Of a DNA stretch of 64,000 nt, positions 9,989 to 19,438 are shown piece by piece. Below the pieces are notes generated by a model. It did not search any database. It saw nothing but the letters and a program-made list of their open reading frames with translations, and was not told the origin of the DNA. The stretch is from positions 1,056,001 to 1,120,000 of the forward strand of contig CAXVYR010000004.1 of assembly GCA_963666975.2 (NCBI GenBank). The letters are read 5' to 3'. The translations under genes and the position numbers were made by a program. Every line of letters begins with the position of its first letter. The stretch's first letter is position 1. Origin of the DNA: Terriglobia bacterium (GTDB lineage: Bacteria > Acidobacteriota > Terriglobia > 2-12-FULL-54-10).

Positions 9989-10885
9989 ATGAAGAGACCA
10001 GATGATTTGGATGAAACTCCTCTATCAACCCCAGACAGGCCCGCGAAGCGGTTGTCTGCGCTGCGAATTGTCCTGCTCATAACCTTCGGGCTCGCCTTCT
10101 TCGGTATCGCCGGCTACTTTTTTTTGAGCCGTCTCGAAGATATAGAGCAACAGATGGCTCGGCTCAACAGACAAGTCGAAGAAACCGTGCAGAAGGCCGC
10201 AGACGCCGCCGAACGGTCGGATACCGCTCTCTCCCGTGCCTCCCAGGCCGAAGAGAACGCGCTGCAGGCGGCTCGCGGAAGGATTCAGGCCGAACAAGCC
10301 GAAGTGGCAGCCCAAACAGAGGCAGAGCTTGCTCGGCAGGAATCGGCGGTGGCGGCTCAGGAGGCGGAACGGGCTCGCGAAGAAACCAGGCTGGCTCAGG
10401 AGGAAACCGCGCGCATCCGCAAGCAGAGGGAAGAGGAAATGGCCCGCTTGCAGAAGGCCCTGGGCCGAATCGCGGAAACACGCAGGACCGCCCTGGGATT
10501 GGTGATGAACCTGGACAGCGACTCGATTCAGTTCGATTTCAACAAGGCAGCCCTGCGGCCTGCGAATCGCGAGCTGCTGAGCAGAATCGCCGGCGTCTTG
10601 CTCACTTCCAACGGGTACAAGGTTCAGGTCTTCGGCCACACCGATGACGTCGGCTCAGAGAAATACAATTTGGAGTTGTCAGAAAGACGCGCTCAGTCCG
10701 TCCGTGATTACTTGATCGAAGCCGGCATTGACCCGGACATTTTCACCACCAAAGGGTTTGGGAAATCCAGCCCTGTGGCGCCGGGAACCGATCCGCAGGC
10801 GCGAACAAAAAACCGCCGTGTGGAGATCGGCATCATCGATTCCGTGATCGGCTATCAGGGAGCTGTGGCGCGCCGGGAAGAATGA
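9989..10885 (+). CDS. membrane-anchored coiled-coil OmpA/MotB-domain protein
   Basis: TM helix, coiled coil, FDFNKAAL, GHTD, NLELSERRA and NRRVE. Confidence 0.9.
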   Translation: MKRPDDLDETPLSTPDRPAKRLSALRIVLLITFGLAFFGIAGYFFLSRLEDIEQQMARLNRQVEETVQKAADAAERSDTALSRASQAEENALQAARGRIQAEQAEVAAQTEAELARQESAVAAQEAERAREETRLAQEETARIRKQREEEMARLQKALGRIAETRRTALGLVMNLDSDSIQFDFNKAALRPANRELLSRIAGVLLTSNGYKVQVFGHTDDVGSEKYNLELSERRAQSVRDYLIEAGIDPDIFTTKGFGKSSPVAPGTDPQARTKNRRVEIGIIDSVIGYQGAVARREE

Positions 10886-10968
10886 GAGAGGGCGTGTCGC
10901 GGGCTAGACATCGGCAACGGGCTATATCTGAAGAACCCACTGGATAAGAACTCGCAGCGTCACGCCGA

Positions 10969-11031
10969 ACTGATCGCCGCAATTCGGAAGATCGGGTTGA
11001 AACGTAATCCGTGAAAACCGAAGGCGCAGAA
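10969..11031 (+). repeat. 63-bp direct repeat, copy 1 (copy 2 at 16013-16075)
   Basis: ACTGATCGCCGCAATTCGGAAG...GGCGCAGAA with 3 mismatches; encodes LIAAIRKIGLKRNP*. Confidence 0.9.
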
Positions 11032-11164
11032 TGCGACACCGAGTATTATTTCTGGACCAGCCATTCAACGATGGCCTGCCCGTTCTGCAACGTCGAAGGG
11101 CAGCGATAGCCGAGGTTTGCAAGAATTGCCGAGCAGCGGGATAGCCACAGCTTGGCGGATAGAA

Positions 11165-11185
11165 TGGTGCGGGAGGGGGGATTCG
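11165..11185. repeat. att-like duplication of the tRNA-Leu 3' end
   Basis: TGGTGCGGGAGGGGGGATTCG is identical to 18868-18888. Confidence 0.9.
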
Positions 11186-11735
11186 GTCTTTTCCATATAT
11201 TGAAGCCCTGTAACTTACTGATTCTCGGTAGGCACTGTGTGCATGGAACGCACCAAGCACCATACCTGTGTTACACGGGTGTTACGCGGGATTTGGGTGC
11301 TGGCAGCAAAAACCACCCTGCCTGAGAGCTTCCACGGTTGACCCAGCGTAGATTGACACAACAGGCAAGACGGGAGATTTCACTTTCTTCTTCTGGCGGG
11401 CAGACCCGGCTGTTGGCTCCAATCCGGCACCTGTAGCAAACGCCACCGGCAGGGGAGTCCTAAAAAGGTAAGAAATTTCTCAAAAAACGCTTGCTTTCCA
11501 ATTGGAGACTGTTATTCTTATGAACTTAGTAGCCGGTTCGGCTGTTTGAATCACATTGATTACATGGAAACATATTGCCATTTGCATACCGTTGTTGTAA
11601 TATAGCTTTCAACCCTGGAAGGTTCCCCTCTTCTATGTTTCAGGACGAAAAGGTGAACAAGCGCCCAGCTTTTTTTCCTAGAAAAATATGGAGTCTAGTC
11701 CACACGCCCATGCAGTGATATGGGGGGGGGGTGTC

Positions 11736-12371
11736 GTGAAGGTTTGGCTTATCGTCGTTTTAGCAACCGCAATCATTAGCTTCGGTTTGAGCGCAGGGTT
11801 CGTAAGAGCCGCAGAAAAAGGCAGCCAGGAAGTTGTTGTGGGAGTAGAGAGGAAAGAGATCGTACTCATCCAGAAAGACGTTATTCTGACTTTGTCTGGC
11901 TTGCCTACAGAAAGTGTTATTGCCCCATTCGATCTCGAAAATGCGACCTTCCATAGTGTGGCTCTATCACCACAAGGGAACCTTGTCGCATTCTCAGTGA
12001 AGGGAAAGACACACGACTGGCTGGGGCTCTACGATATTCAAAAAAAGAATGTGACGGAGATAAGCTTCCTTTATGGAGGCGATGCTGGAGAGCTTTCTTG
12101 GTCTCCAGACGGTCACTACCTGGCCGCCGAGGCCATTCCGGCAAGCGGTATCCGCACTATCCTCGTTATAGATTCAACGGACCAGAAAATCATAGCGACG
12201 CTACCACAGGTGTCCGGCGATGGTGAAAAGATTGCTGAGGTGTTTCAGCCTTGGTGGAGCAAGGACGGAGAAATACTGCATTTCAAAGCAACTCGAACTG
12301 CCAATGAAGCCCCTTTCAATCATCAACTTCTCTTGAATTCTATAGAGGTTCCTGGGCCTCACAAGAAGTAA
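11736..12371 (+). CDS. secreted TolB/PD40-like beta-propeller protein
   Basis: Signal peptide; LSPQG, WSPDG and WSKDG repeats; AT-rich; GTG start follows a G10 tract. Confidence 0.7.
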   Translation: MKVWLIVVLATAIISFGLSAGFVRAAEKGSQEVVVGVERKEIVLIQKDVILTLSGLPTESVIAPFDLENATFHSVALSPQGNLVAFSVKGKTHDWLGLYDIQKKNVTEISFLYGGDAGELSWSPDGHYLAAEAIPASGIRTILVIDSTDQKIIATLPQVSGDGEKIAEVFQPWWSKDGEILHFKATRTANEAPFNHQLLLNSIEVPGPHKK

Positions 12372-12670
12372 AGAAGTGAAAGTAAACGTATACGCACGGC
12401 GAGTTAACAGTGATCCCTGTCCTCCTGCTCACTTACCTCTTGCTCGGAAGTCTTGTTTATGGTCAAGACTGCCTAAATAACTGTAGCCTCGAGTGCATCC
12501 CTTTTATACCTGCTCATGATCCCGGAAAATTATGAACAGAATCAAGGCGAGAGGGATCACCTTGTTAGTATAAAGGCCATCATGATGACAATAAGGTCAA
12601 GCATCATAAATTGGCGTGATCCACAGGTTGGCCACTCGTCGGGTAGCACTGCAGGACAGGAAGCATATAA

Positions 12671-14119
12671 GAGGGTGTCCCATACATAGTTGAAGGTTGA
12701 ACGGCGGTTCGGCCCGAATCGAATAGAATCGGGCCAAGCCTAAATCCTATAGAAGGAGAACCGCCGAATGAAGGGAAAATATCACGTTTTGGAACTGGGT
12801 TCCAAGGGAGCCGAAGAAACCATCCAGAAGTTTTGCCAAACCAACGGACAGATGCTGTTGCCGGTGGTGGATCTGATCACGGAGGCGCGTCTGGCGGTGG
12901 ATGAGGTGATTGATCGGGCCGGGCGAGGTTTGATTGAAACGATTCTGAGCATGAGCGCAGAGCAAATCGCGGGGCCAAAGAGTCCCGGGAAGGCGAGCGG
13001 AGAGGTGCGCTGGCATGGCCGGCAATTGGGGAGGGTGAAACTGGCCGATCGCCAGCTGCGGGTGGAGCGGCCGAGGCTGCGCCGGAAGGGCGGAGGGGAA
13101 GAAGCGGTGCCGGCCTACGAAGCGCTGCGGAAAAGCGAGAAGACGGGCGAGGAGATGTTCGAGGCACTGTTGAAAGGGGTTTCGACGCGGAACTACCGCG
13201 AGGTGATCCCGGAGATGGCCAACAGCGCTGGGGTGTCGAAGTCTCAGGTGAGCCGGGAAGCGGCCGAGCAAGGAGCGCGGCGGCTGGAAGAACTGTTGGC
13301 GCGGCGCTGGGAGGAGGTCGAGATTCTGGTGATTTACCTGGACGGAATGCGGTTCGGCTCCCACCACGTCATCAGCGCCGTGGGCGTGGACATCGAGGGC
13401 CGCAAGCATGTGCTGGGGATTCAACTGGGCGCGACCGAAAACGCCGCTGCGGTGAAAGACCTTCTCACCCGCCTGCGCCAGCAAGGTTTGCGCACGGATC
13501 AGCGCTATCTGTTTGTGATCGACGGCGCCAAAGCGCTCCGCGCGGGGATCGAGGAAGTATTCGGCAGCAATCAGCTGGTGCAGCGTTGCCGTACTCATAA
13601 GCTGCGCAACGTGGCTGAGCGGTTACCAAAGGGCGACAAAATGCTGGCGAATCAGGTGCGGTCGCTGATGCGCGCCGCCTGGCGATTGCCCCAAGCCGAG
13701 GAAGGCATCGTGCGCATAAAAAAGCTCGCTGGGATGATCGAGTGCGATCATCCGGCAGCAGCCGCCAGCTTGCGCGAAGGGTTGGAGGAGACCTTTACGA
13801 TCAATCGAGCCGACGTTCCTCCCAGCCTCCACCGCTGCCTGGCAACCACGAACCTCATCGAGAGCCCGCAGTCGGGCGTGCGGAAAAAGACTGGCAATGT
13901 TTGCCGCTGGCGCGACGGCGAGATGACGTTGCGCTGGGTGGCAGGAGCGTTTCTGCTGACCGAGAAGAATTTCCGGAAGATCATGGGTTATCACGATCTC
14001 TGGGCTTTGGCATCGATTCTCGGCCGAAGTCCAAACGCTGCTTCCTCTCACAAGGAGAAAGTGGCGTAATATGAACTCAACCCGCCGTCCCAACCTGCAA
14101 CTGAGTTTGGGACACCTTC
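12671..14119 (+). mobile_element. IS256-family insertion sequence, copy 1 (1449 bp)
   Basis: Imperfect IRs GAGGGTGTCCCA.../...TGGGACACCTTC; nearly identical to 41037-42485; no target duplication. Confidence 0.95.
12768..14069 (+). CDS. IS256-family transposase
   Basis: GVSTR, YLDG, VIDGAKAL, QRCRTHK and TTNLIES (DDE mutator-type). Confidence 0.95.
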   Translation: MKGKYHVLELGSKGAEETIQKFCQTNGQMLLPVVDLITEARLAVDEVIDRAGRGLIETILSMSAEQIAGPKSPGKASGEVRWHGRQLGRVKLADRQLRVERPRLRRKGGGEEAVPAYEALRKSEKTGEEMFEALLKGVSTRNYREVIPEMANSAGVSKSQVSREAAEQGARRLEELLARRWEEVEILVIYLDGMRFGSHHVISAVGVDIEGRKHVLGIQLGATENAAAVKDLLTRLRQQGLRTDQRYLFVIDGAKALRAGIEEVFGSNQLVQRCRTHKLRNVAERLPKGDKMLANQVRSLMRAAWRLPQAEEGIVRIKKLAGMIECDHPAAAASLREGLEETFTINRADVPPSLHRCLATTNLIESPQSGVRKKTGNVCRWRDGEMTLRWVAGAFLLTEKNFRKIMGYHDLWALASILGRSPNAASSHKEKVA

Positions 14120-14512
14120 GAAGGAACTATCGAATGGTTCAAGGATCCCGAGAGTAAGGCCAGTGCGCACTTTCTTGTTAGTAGTAAAGGCGAAATCATC
14201 ATGATGGTTTCCCTTGACAACGTTGCCTACCATGCTGGTGGTGATTTTAGCAACAACCAATCAAGCATCGGTATAGAACTTGAAGATGGCGCTTCGCAAG
14301 CCTATCTAGATGCTGATTCAGGTTGGCCGACTCGACTCCAATATGAAGCGACAGCCAAATTGGTCAGATGCTTAGCAGCGCTGCACGACGATATATACCT
14401 AGACAGGAAGCATATAATTGGGCATAGTGAAGTCCCACGCAGTAAAAAGACAGATCCTGGTCTGAACTGGGATTGGGATTATTTCATGCAATTGGTTATT
14501 AATACTAACTAG
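14120..14512 (+). pseudogene. N-acetylmuramoyl-L-alanine amidase (Amidase_2), N-terminus lost at the IS256
   Basis: EGTIEWF...SAHFLV...AYHAG...SIGIELE...IIGHSEV...KTDPG starts exactly at the IS end; first Zn-binding His segment missing. Confidence 0.85.
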
Positions 14513-14540
14513 AGCGGTTCTCCAGTTGCTATCTATCGTG

Positions 14541-14627
14541 TCCGAGCCGCGACCGTGAGGGAGCGGTTCCAAAAATGGCTCAATCGACCAGCGTTTGGTG
14601 TCCGCTTGCTTACGCGCGCGGCTCGGA
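14541..14627. repeat. REP-like inverted pair
   Basis: TCCGAGCCGCGACCGTGAGGGAGCGG ... CCGCTTGCTTACGCGCGCGGCTCGGA. Confidence 0.7.
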
Positions 14628-14938
14628 TTGGCTTGGCTCCCGGTGAACTGGGGTCTACACTATCACGAGAACTGCTCTAGTGCTCTCCGTTCGGATCAGA
14701 AGCGCAGCGGTTCCACGCCCCCCCAAGATAGCAGTCTCAAATCACCCCCACCGCAATCAGAAACCCCACCACCGGCATGGCAGCAAATATGGCGTTCATT
14801 TGCAATAGCCATGGGATGATCCTCTTGATCCGTCTCAGCCGTCATTCCACTACCTGATCAGAAGTTTGGATTTCCGCTTTTTGGGTTCATAATGCGAGTA
14901 GCTGTGCGGTAGCGAAACTACAGGGCGGTTGCGAGAGC

Positions 14939-15481
14939 ATGAGCGAGGATTTCCATTCAGCGCCGGTCCCGATCCGGATGAGTTGCCGATACTCGAACGG
15001 AATGACCGTCAGTTACGGCGCGCGCGCTTTGGCTTACGACGATTCTTCCCTGCGGGTCTTGTCGTCCGAGGACTTTGAAAGGGGGCTTCAGTTGAATATC
15101 TTTGCTCCCTTTTTGAAAGGCATCACCGCCTGCAGGGTCGTGGCCTCGGCTCGGAACCGGAAGCAACCCGCCTACTTTGAGCTGGAGTTGAGCTTTTTGA
15201 AAAAGCAGCTCCCGGCCGCGCAGTCGGAGGAAAAACCAGCCGTTGAGCAAACCCGCAAAGCGATCCCCGAAGAAGTAGCTTTCGCTGCGGAGCGGATGGC
15301 CGCTGCATTGGAATTGGCCACTGACCAAGGGGTATCCCAGGTGTGGCGGCAGTTCCCTCCCTCCCGGCGTCCTTTACTTCTGACGGTGGGCGCAGCCGCA
15401 GTTTTGCTGCTTCTGCAGGAGAAAGGGCTCCTGGATGTGCAGAATTTGCTCGCCGGGGTCAAGGAAAAGCTCAGCAGATGA
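14939..15481 (+). CDS. hypothetical protein with degenerate PilZ-like N-terminal domain
   Basis: Beta-rich N-terminus (CRVV...FELELSF); stop overlaps the next ATG (ATGA). Confidence 0.6.
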   Translation: MSEDFHSAPVPIRMSCRYSNGMTVSYGARALAYDDSSLRVLSSEDFERGLQLNIFAPFLKGITACRVVASARNRKQPAYFELELSFLKKQLPAAQSEEKPAVEQTRKAIPEEVAFAAERMAAALELATDQGVSQVWRQFPPSRRPLLLTVGAAAVLLLLQEKGLLDVQNLLAGVKEKLSR

Positions 15482-16017
15482 GAACCTCGCGGAAAGACCG
15501 CCGGAGCGAGCGCGTTCCGACAACGCACAAGTTGCTGCTGACCATTCTTGGGCCCAGCGGAGCCGTAATATTGAAAGAAATCGTCACCTCTGTTGAAATC
15601 TCCCAGCACGGGGCCCGGCTCAGGGGACGGCGGACCCTCGAAGCGGACTGGAAGGGGGTCCTGGTCCAGTTGGGTTCCGGCCAGCAGGCTCCTTGCCGGG
15701 TCGTCTGGCAAACCAAGTCCGTCTCCGTGCCGGCGTCTCTGGAAACCGGCGTCGAAATTTTGTCGGTCCATGATTTCTGGAGACGAAACTTTTCCAATCC
15801 CGATGCTGAGCCGGAGTCCGCTGAGATCGTCATCGAAGACGCTTCGGTGACTCCGGAAATGTTGCTGCGGAAACTCGGTGAAGCTTCCAATTCTCACGCC
15901 AAGGGAGATATGCAAGTTCTGGAAGCTGTCTGGTGCGGTTTGGTAGAGCAATTGGAAGAGCGCAACCTATTTACTCGGTTTGGTAGAGCAATTGGAAGAG
16001 CGCAACCTATTTACTGA
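15478..16017 (+). CDS. PilZ-domain protein, C-terminus disrupted by a 40-bp tandem duplication
   Basis: RRSER, EISQHGARL, CRVVW, GVE and FW; 15936-15975 repeated at 15976-16015. Confidence 0.75.
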   Translation: MRTSRKDRRSERVPTTHKLLLTILGPSGAVILKEIVTSVEISQHGARLRGRRTLEADWKGVLVQLGSGQQAPCRVVWQTKSVSVPASLETGVEILSVHDFWRRNFSNPDAEPESAEIVIEDASVTPEMLLRKLGEASNSHAKGDMQVLEAVWCGLVEQLEERNLFTRFGRAIGRAQPIY

Positions 16018-16145
16018 TCGCCGCAATTCGGAAGCTCGGGTTGAAACGTGATCCGTGAAAACCGCAGGCGCAGAAGTTCCCGGTTAGCAAGCGGACCCAT
16101 ACACCCGTTTTCCCACAACCTCTTAGGATGGCAACGGGACATCCT

Positions 16146-18416
16146 TCACTGGTTGGAGCTTTTTCGGACCGGCACCAGAAGAACCGGGCAGGGAGTGGAG
16201 CGAACCACGCTGTAGGCGACGCTGCCGATCATCATGCGCCGGGTAAAGCTGCCCTGTCCCATCGTAGCCATCACAATCAAATCCGCGCCCTCGGTTTCGG
16301 CAACAGACACAATGGTCTGGGCGGCGCCCGAGCCCCTCACCAGGGTATCGGTCTTCACGCCTCTCTCGCGGAGGGCAGCTCCTACCTTGTCCAGATATGC
16401 TTTTAGCACGGGAGCGTCTTGTTCTCTGTCCGGCACTGCTAAAAGCAGAACCTGGCTCTCGAACCGTGGGGCTAGCTGCCTAACATAACGGAGCGCCCGT
16501 TCAGCGTTTTCCGAGCCATCCAGCGGCACCAACAGCCGCTTAAACTGCGACATTCGGCTCTTCCATTCCTCCGTGGGCCGCAACAGCAACACCGGCGTGC
16601 TGGTCAACCGTGTGAGATCGTACGCCACGCTCCCGAGAAATAATCGTTTGACTCCGGACCGCGCGCGGGTGCTCATCACGATCAGATCTGCTTCCAAATC
16701 CTGGGCCATCGCGTTGATTCCCTGTGCGACCGGGCCAGAACCGAAGACGAAGTCAACATTCAACCCCGCCTCCTGCAACTGTCCCGTGTGATGGTTCAAA
16801 TAGGCTTCCAGGTCCTTATTGTCCCCAACCAGCTGATTTTCCTGAGACCGCTCGCGGCTCTGTTTCCGCCCGACAGAAACAAGCGCCAACTCGGCATCGC
16901 AAGCACGGGAGAGCGCCCCCGCAGTGGGAAGCGCATACTCGCTCAGTTGGGAGCCATCCAGCGGAATGGCGATCTTTCCAAAAGTGGCTTCGTCCTCCGG
17001 CAGCCCTTCTCTCTCGTAGGGCAGCAAATACCTGCCGACAAACATTCGCCCCAACTGATCCTCGAGAGATGTAGGCTCTCCCATCGCTGAACGAGTCACA
17101 CTAAAAGCTGCGTAGAGAACTGGGATGAAAAGGAAATACATCCAGGCGCCCTCCACGAAGCGTTCCTCAAAGATGAGCACCGTGGCCCCGGAAGTCAATA
17201 TAGCCGCCACAATCGTCCCGGTCAGGGAGAGCAAACAGGCCACAGAGAACTTCGCCCTCAGTTCCCGCAGGAGCCGTTTGCTAACCGCCCAACCGGTGAG
17301 ACTCAATAAGACAAACACCCCTGCGGCGTAAATTGCTAAATAGGTTTCCTCGCTGGTTCCAAAAGCCAAAAAACAAAAGGAAACTACCGTAACTTGAATC
17401 CAAACCGGTATATCCGCCACGTCAAAATGGTTCCGCTGGCCGATCCGGCTGGGAAGATAGTGGCGGTATCTCAGTCCTAGCGCCAGGTTCTGCAACCCCT
17501 GGGCACTCGCCGCCGCCGCTGACAGCAACACAGCAATCCCGACCAGAGTGCCCAAGTAGGCTAGCGGTTGCGGCAGCAATTGATCCATTGTTTGGGTAAA
17601 TACGGAGACATGCTCGTTGGATGGGTCTGAGAGCTGCAAGATGGCCGGTCCAACGATTAGCATCGTTATGGAGGTGGTTCCCATGATAATCAGAAGACTG
17701 CCAAATGACTTTTTGCTTTTCTGCTGAGGTGTTCCCCCATAGGCCGCTACAAGATTGGCAAAGATTTCAATGCCGGTCATGAGAGCCAAAATACGGGCAT
17801 ACCCTCCCAAGGTGAAGGGCAGATATTCCGGGCTAAAAGCGCGCAGGTCCAGCGGTGGCAATTGAAAACCCAGCTTCCAAACGCTTGCAATCACCATGGC
17901 CCAAAGCAATAGCAGGACTCCGGCTGTAGCTGGACCGAAAGTCCGCGCTGCCATCTTCGGACCCCGATTGACCAGCCAGCCGGTTACAAGGCTCAGAAAG
18001 ATAGCCACGTAGGTCCGCAACTGAAATCCCAGGAACGTTTGGTTAAATACCGGAAACCGGTCCGCCAGGAAGGTAACCAATGCGGCTATGCTCACCAGGA
18101 AGGTGAGAGTGTACTCGACGAATGTGATCCCCGCATTGATCTTTACGGCCCAGCTTCCAAACTCCTCTTCGTTCAATCCGCTGCCGCCGCTGCCGTCGGT
18201 CACCCAGTTCATCACTAGGCGATACATGGTTGATACCACAACAACGGTCAGTACGACGAGCCAGATGCTCGCCCCAAAGGTCACATTGGCTACGCCAGCG
18301 ACCACAATCAGCTTCAGAAAAGGACCGAAAACGTACAAAGGAGACGTGGCTGGATCGCCACCGCCGGCGAGCGCGCCTTCAAACGAGTTGTTCAGCTTAT
18401 GAGAGACGTGTGACAT
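16146..18416 (-). CDS. APC-superfamily permease fused to two universal stress protein domains
   Basis: About 12 TM helices, then two PLDGS...ADLIVM...GSVA...PVLL repeats. Confidence 0.88.
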   Translation of the reverse strand: MSHVSHKLNNSFEGALAGGGDPATSPLYVFGPFLKLIVVAGVANVTFGASIWLVVLTVVVVSTMYRLVMNWVTDGSGGSGLNEEEFGSWAVKINAGITFVEYTLTFLVSIAALVTFLADRFPVFNQTFLGFQLRTYVAIFLSLVTGWLVNRGPKMAARTFGPATAGVLLLLWAMVIASVWKLGFQLPPLDLRAFSPEYLPFTLGGYARILALMTGIEIFANLVAAYGGTPQQKSKKSFGSLLIIMGTTSITMLIVGPAILQLSDPSNEHVSVFTQTMDQLLPQPLAYLGTLVGIAVLLSAAAASAQGLQNLALGLRYRHYLPSRIGQRNHFDVADIPVWIQVTVVSFCFLAFGTSEETYLAIYAAGVFVLLSLTGWAVSKRLLRELRAKFSVACLLSLTGTIVAAILTSGATVLIFEERFVEGAWMYFLFIPVLYAAFSVTRSAMGEPTSLEDQLGRMFVGRYLLPYEREGLPEDEATFGKIAIPLDGSQLSEYALPTAGALSRACDAELALVSVGRKQSRERSQENQLVGDNKDLEAYLNHHTGQLQEAGLNVDFVFGSGPVAQGINAMAQDLEADLIVMSTRARSGVKRLFLGSVAYDLTRLTSTPVLLLRPTEEWKSRMSQFKRLLVPLDGSENAERALRYVRQLAPRFESQVLLLAVPDREQDAPVLKAYLDKVGAALRERGVKTDTLVRGSGAAQTIVSVAETEGADLIVMATMGQGSFTRRMMIGSVAYSVVRSTPCPVLLVPVRKSSNQ

Positions 18417-18867
18417 GGAAAAATTTCTACCGCAGTACCATGAATGTAGCCGCAGCTTATTCTACCCAGAATCTCCTTTTTGAACTCCTGGCGGAAAGAA
18501 TTATACGCCAACTGCTTCTGTTGCGATCTCCAGTCCACCCAACCTCAGATCGCCAAAGCCTCAGCTTTCGCTGCCGGTCAGGCAGTCCGGCTGGAGATAG
18601 CAACGACAGCGTTGTCCTGAAATGGTTAGAAGAGCTGAAACGGCAGTCAGCCAGCCCGCGAAGCGTTAACCCGGATGCGCGAGCAAGCGCAGCTTCCGCC
18701 TGGACCGCTTACGATGGATGCAGTGTTGCAGGCACTGGAGGGACTCGAACGCCGGTGGCCCGGTCAATTGCTGTTGCGCCGGGAACTCCGGCATGTCGTA
18801 TCTTGGTATGTATTTTGTACGCGGAGCATTTCCTGCCTGTAGGTCTCTGATAATTAAAAATGATAAT

Positions 18868-18952
18868 TGGTGCGGGAGGGGGGATTCGAACCCCCAAGCC
18901 TTGCGGCGCCACCCCCTCAAGATGGTGTGTCTGCCAGTTCCACCACTCCCGC
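18868..18952 (-). tRNA. tRNA-Leu(GAG)
   Basis: GCGGGAG acceptor stem, anticodon arm CCATC-TTGAGGG-GGTGG, long variable arm, GGTTCGAATCC, encoded CCA; downstream of secG. Confidence 0.97.
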
Positions 18953-18964
18953 AGCGGGCGATGA

Positions 18965-19408
18965 TTATTGACTTGGAGCTTCCGGCGGTGTCGTCTCTGT
19001 CCGTGCTGGAGAGTCTGTTTGTGCCTCGTTCGGGTTTGGGGCTGGTATGATCTCAGTCTGCACTCCAACGCCCGCTGGCAGCCCTTCGACTCCTATGCCT
19101 ATTGGCGCCGGTGCTGTCGCCGGTGCCGCCTCCTGGGTCTCCTGCTGGTTGCCCAGGATGGACTCTCCCCCTCCCCTGGCTCGATTGGAGAGAACAGACA
19201 GCGACATCGAAGTCAGCATGAAAAGGATGGCCAGTACAGTGGTCGACTTGGACAATAAGGTGGCCGTGCCGCGGGGGCCGAAGGCCGCCTGGCTGCCCAT
19301 TCCTCCGAAAGCCGCCGCGACATCGGCCCCGCGCGCGCTTTGCACCAGGACGATCAAGATCAAGACCACCGCAACCAGCACATGAATTGTTGTCAGCAAA
19401 GTTAGCAT
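18965..19408 (-). CDS. secG: preprotein translocase subunit SecG
   Basis: VLVQ...AAFGGMGSQAAFG with two TM helices; tpiA-secG-tRNA-Leu synteny. Confidence 0.95.
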   Translation of the reverse strand: MLTLLTTIHVLVAVVLILIVLVQSARGADVAAAFGGMGSQAAFGPRGTATLLSKSTTVLAILFMLTSMSLSVLSNRARGGGESILGNQQETQEAAPATAPAPIGIGVEGLPAGVGVQTEIIPAPNPNEAQTDSPARTETTPPEAPSQ

Positions 19409-19438
19409 GGGGATCGACTCACTCAGGCTTCCGGCAAT

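Larger units (their letters stand above)
11165..18888. mobile_element. degenerate genomic island integrated at tRNA-Leu(GAG)
   Basis: 21-bp direct repeats, AT-rich cargo, an IS256 and gene remnants; no integrase found. Confidence 0.7.

Noticed and set aside
11340-11470. Possible riboswitch upstream of the propeller gene
   Set aside because: No recognisable riboswitch consensus
11722-11731. G10 tract (and G13 at 46877-46889) as phase-variation sites
   Set aside because: Outside the probable coding frames, and homopolymer length may be a sequencing artefact
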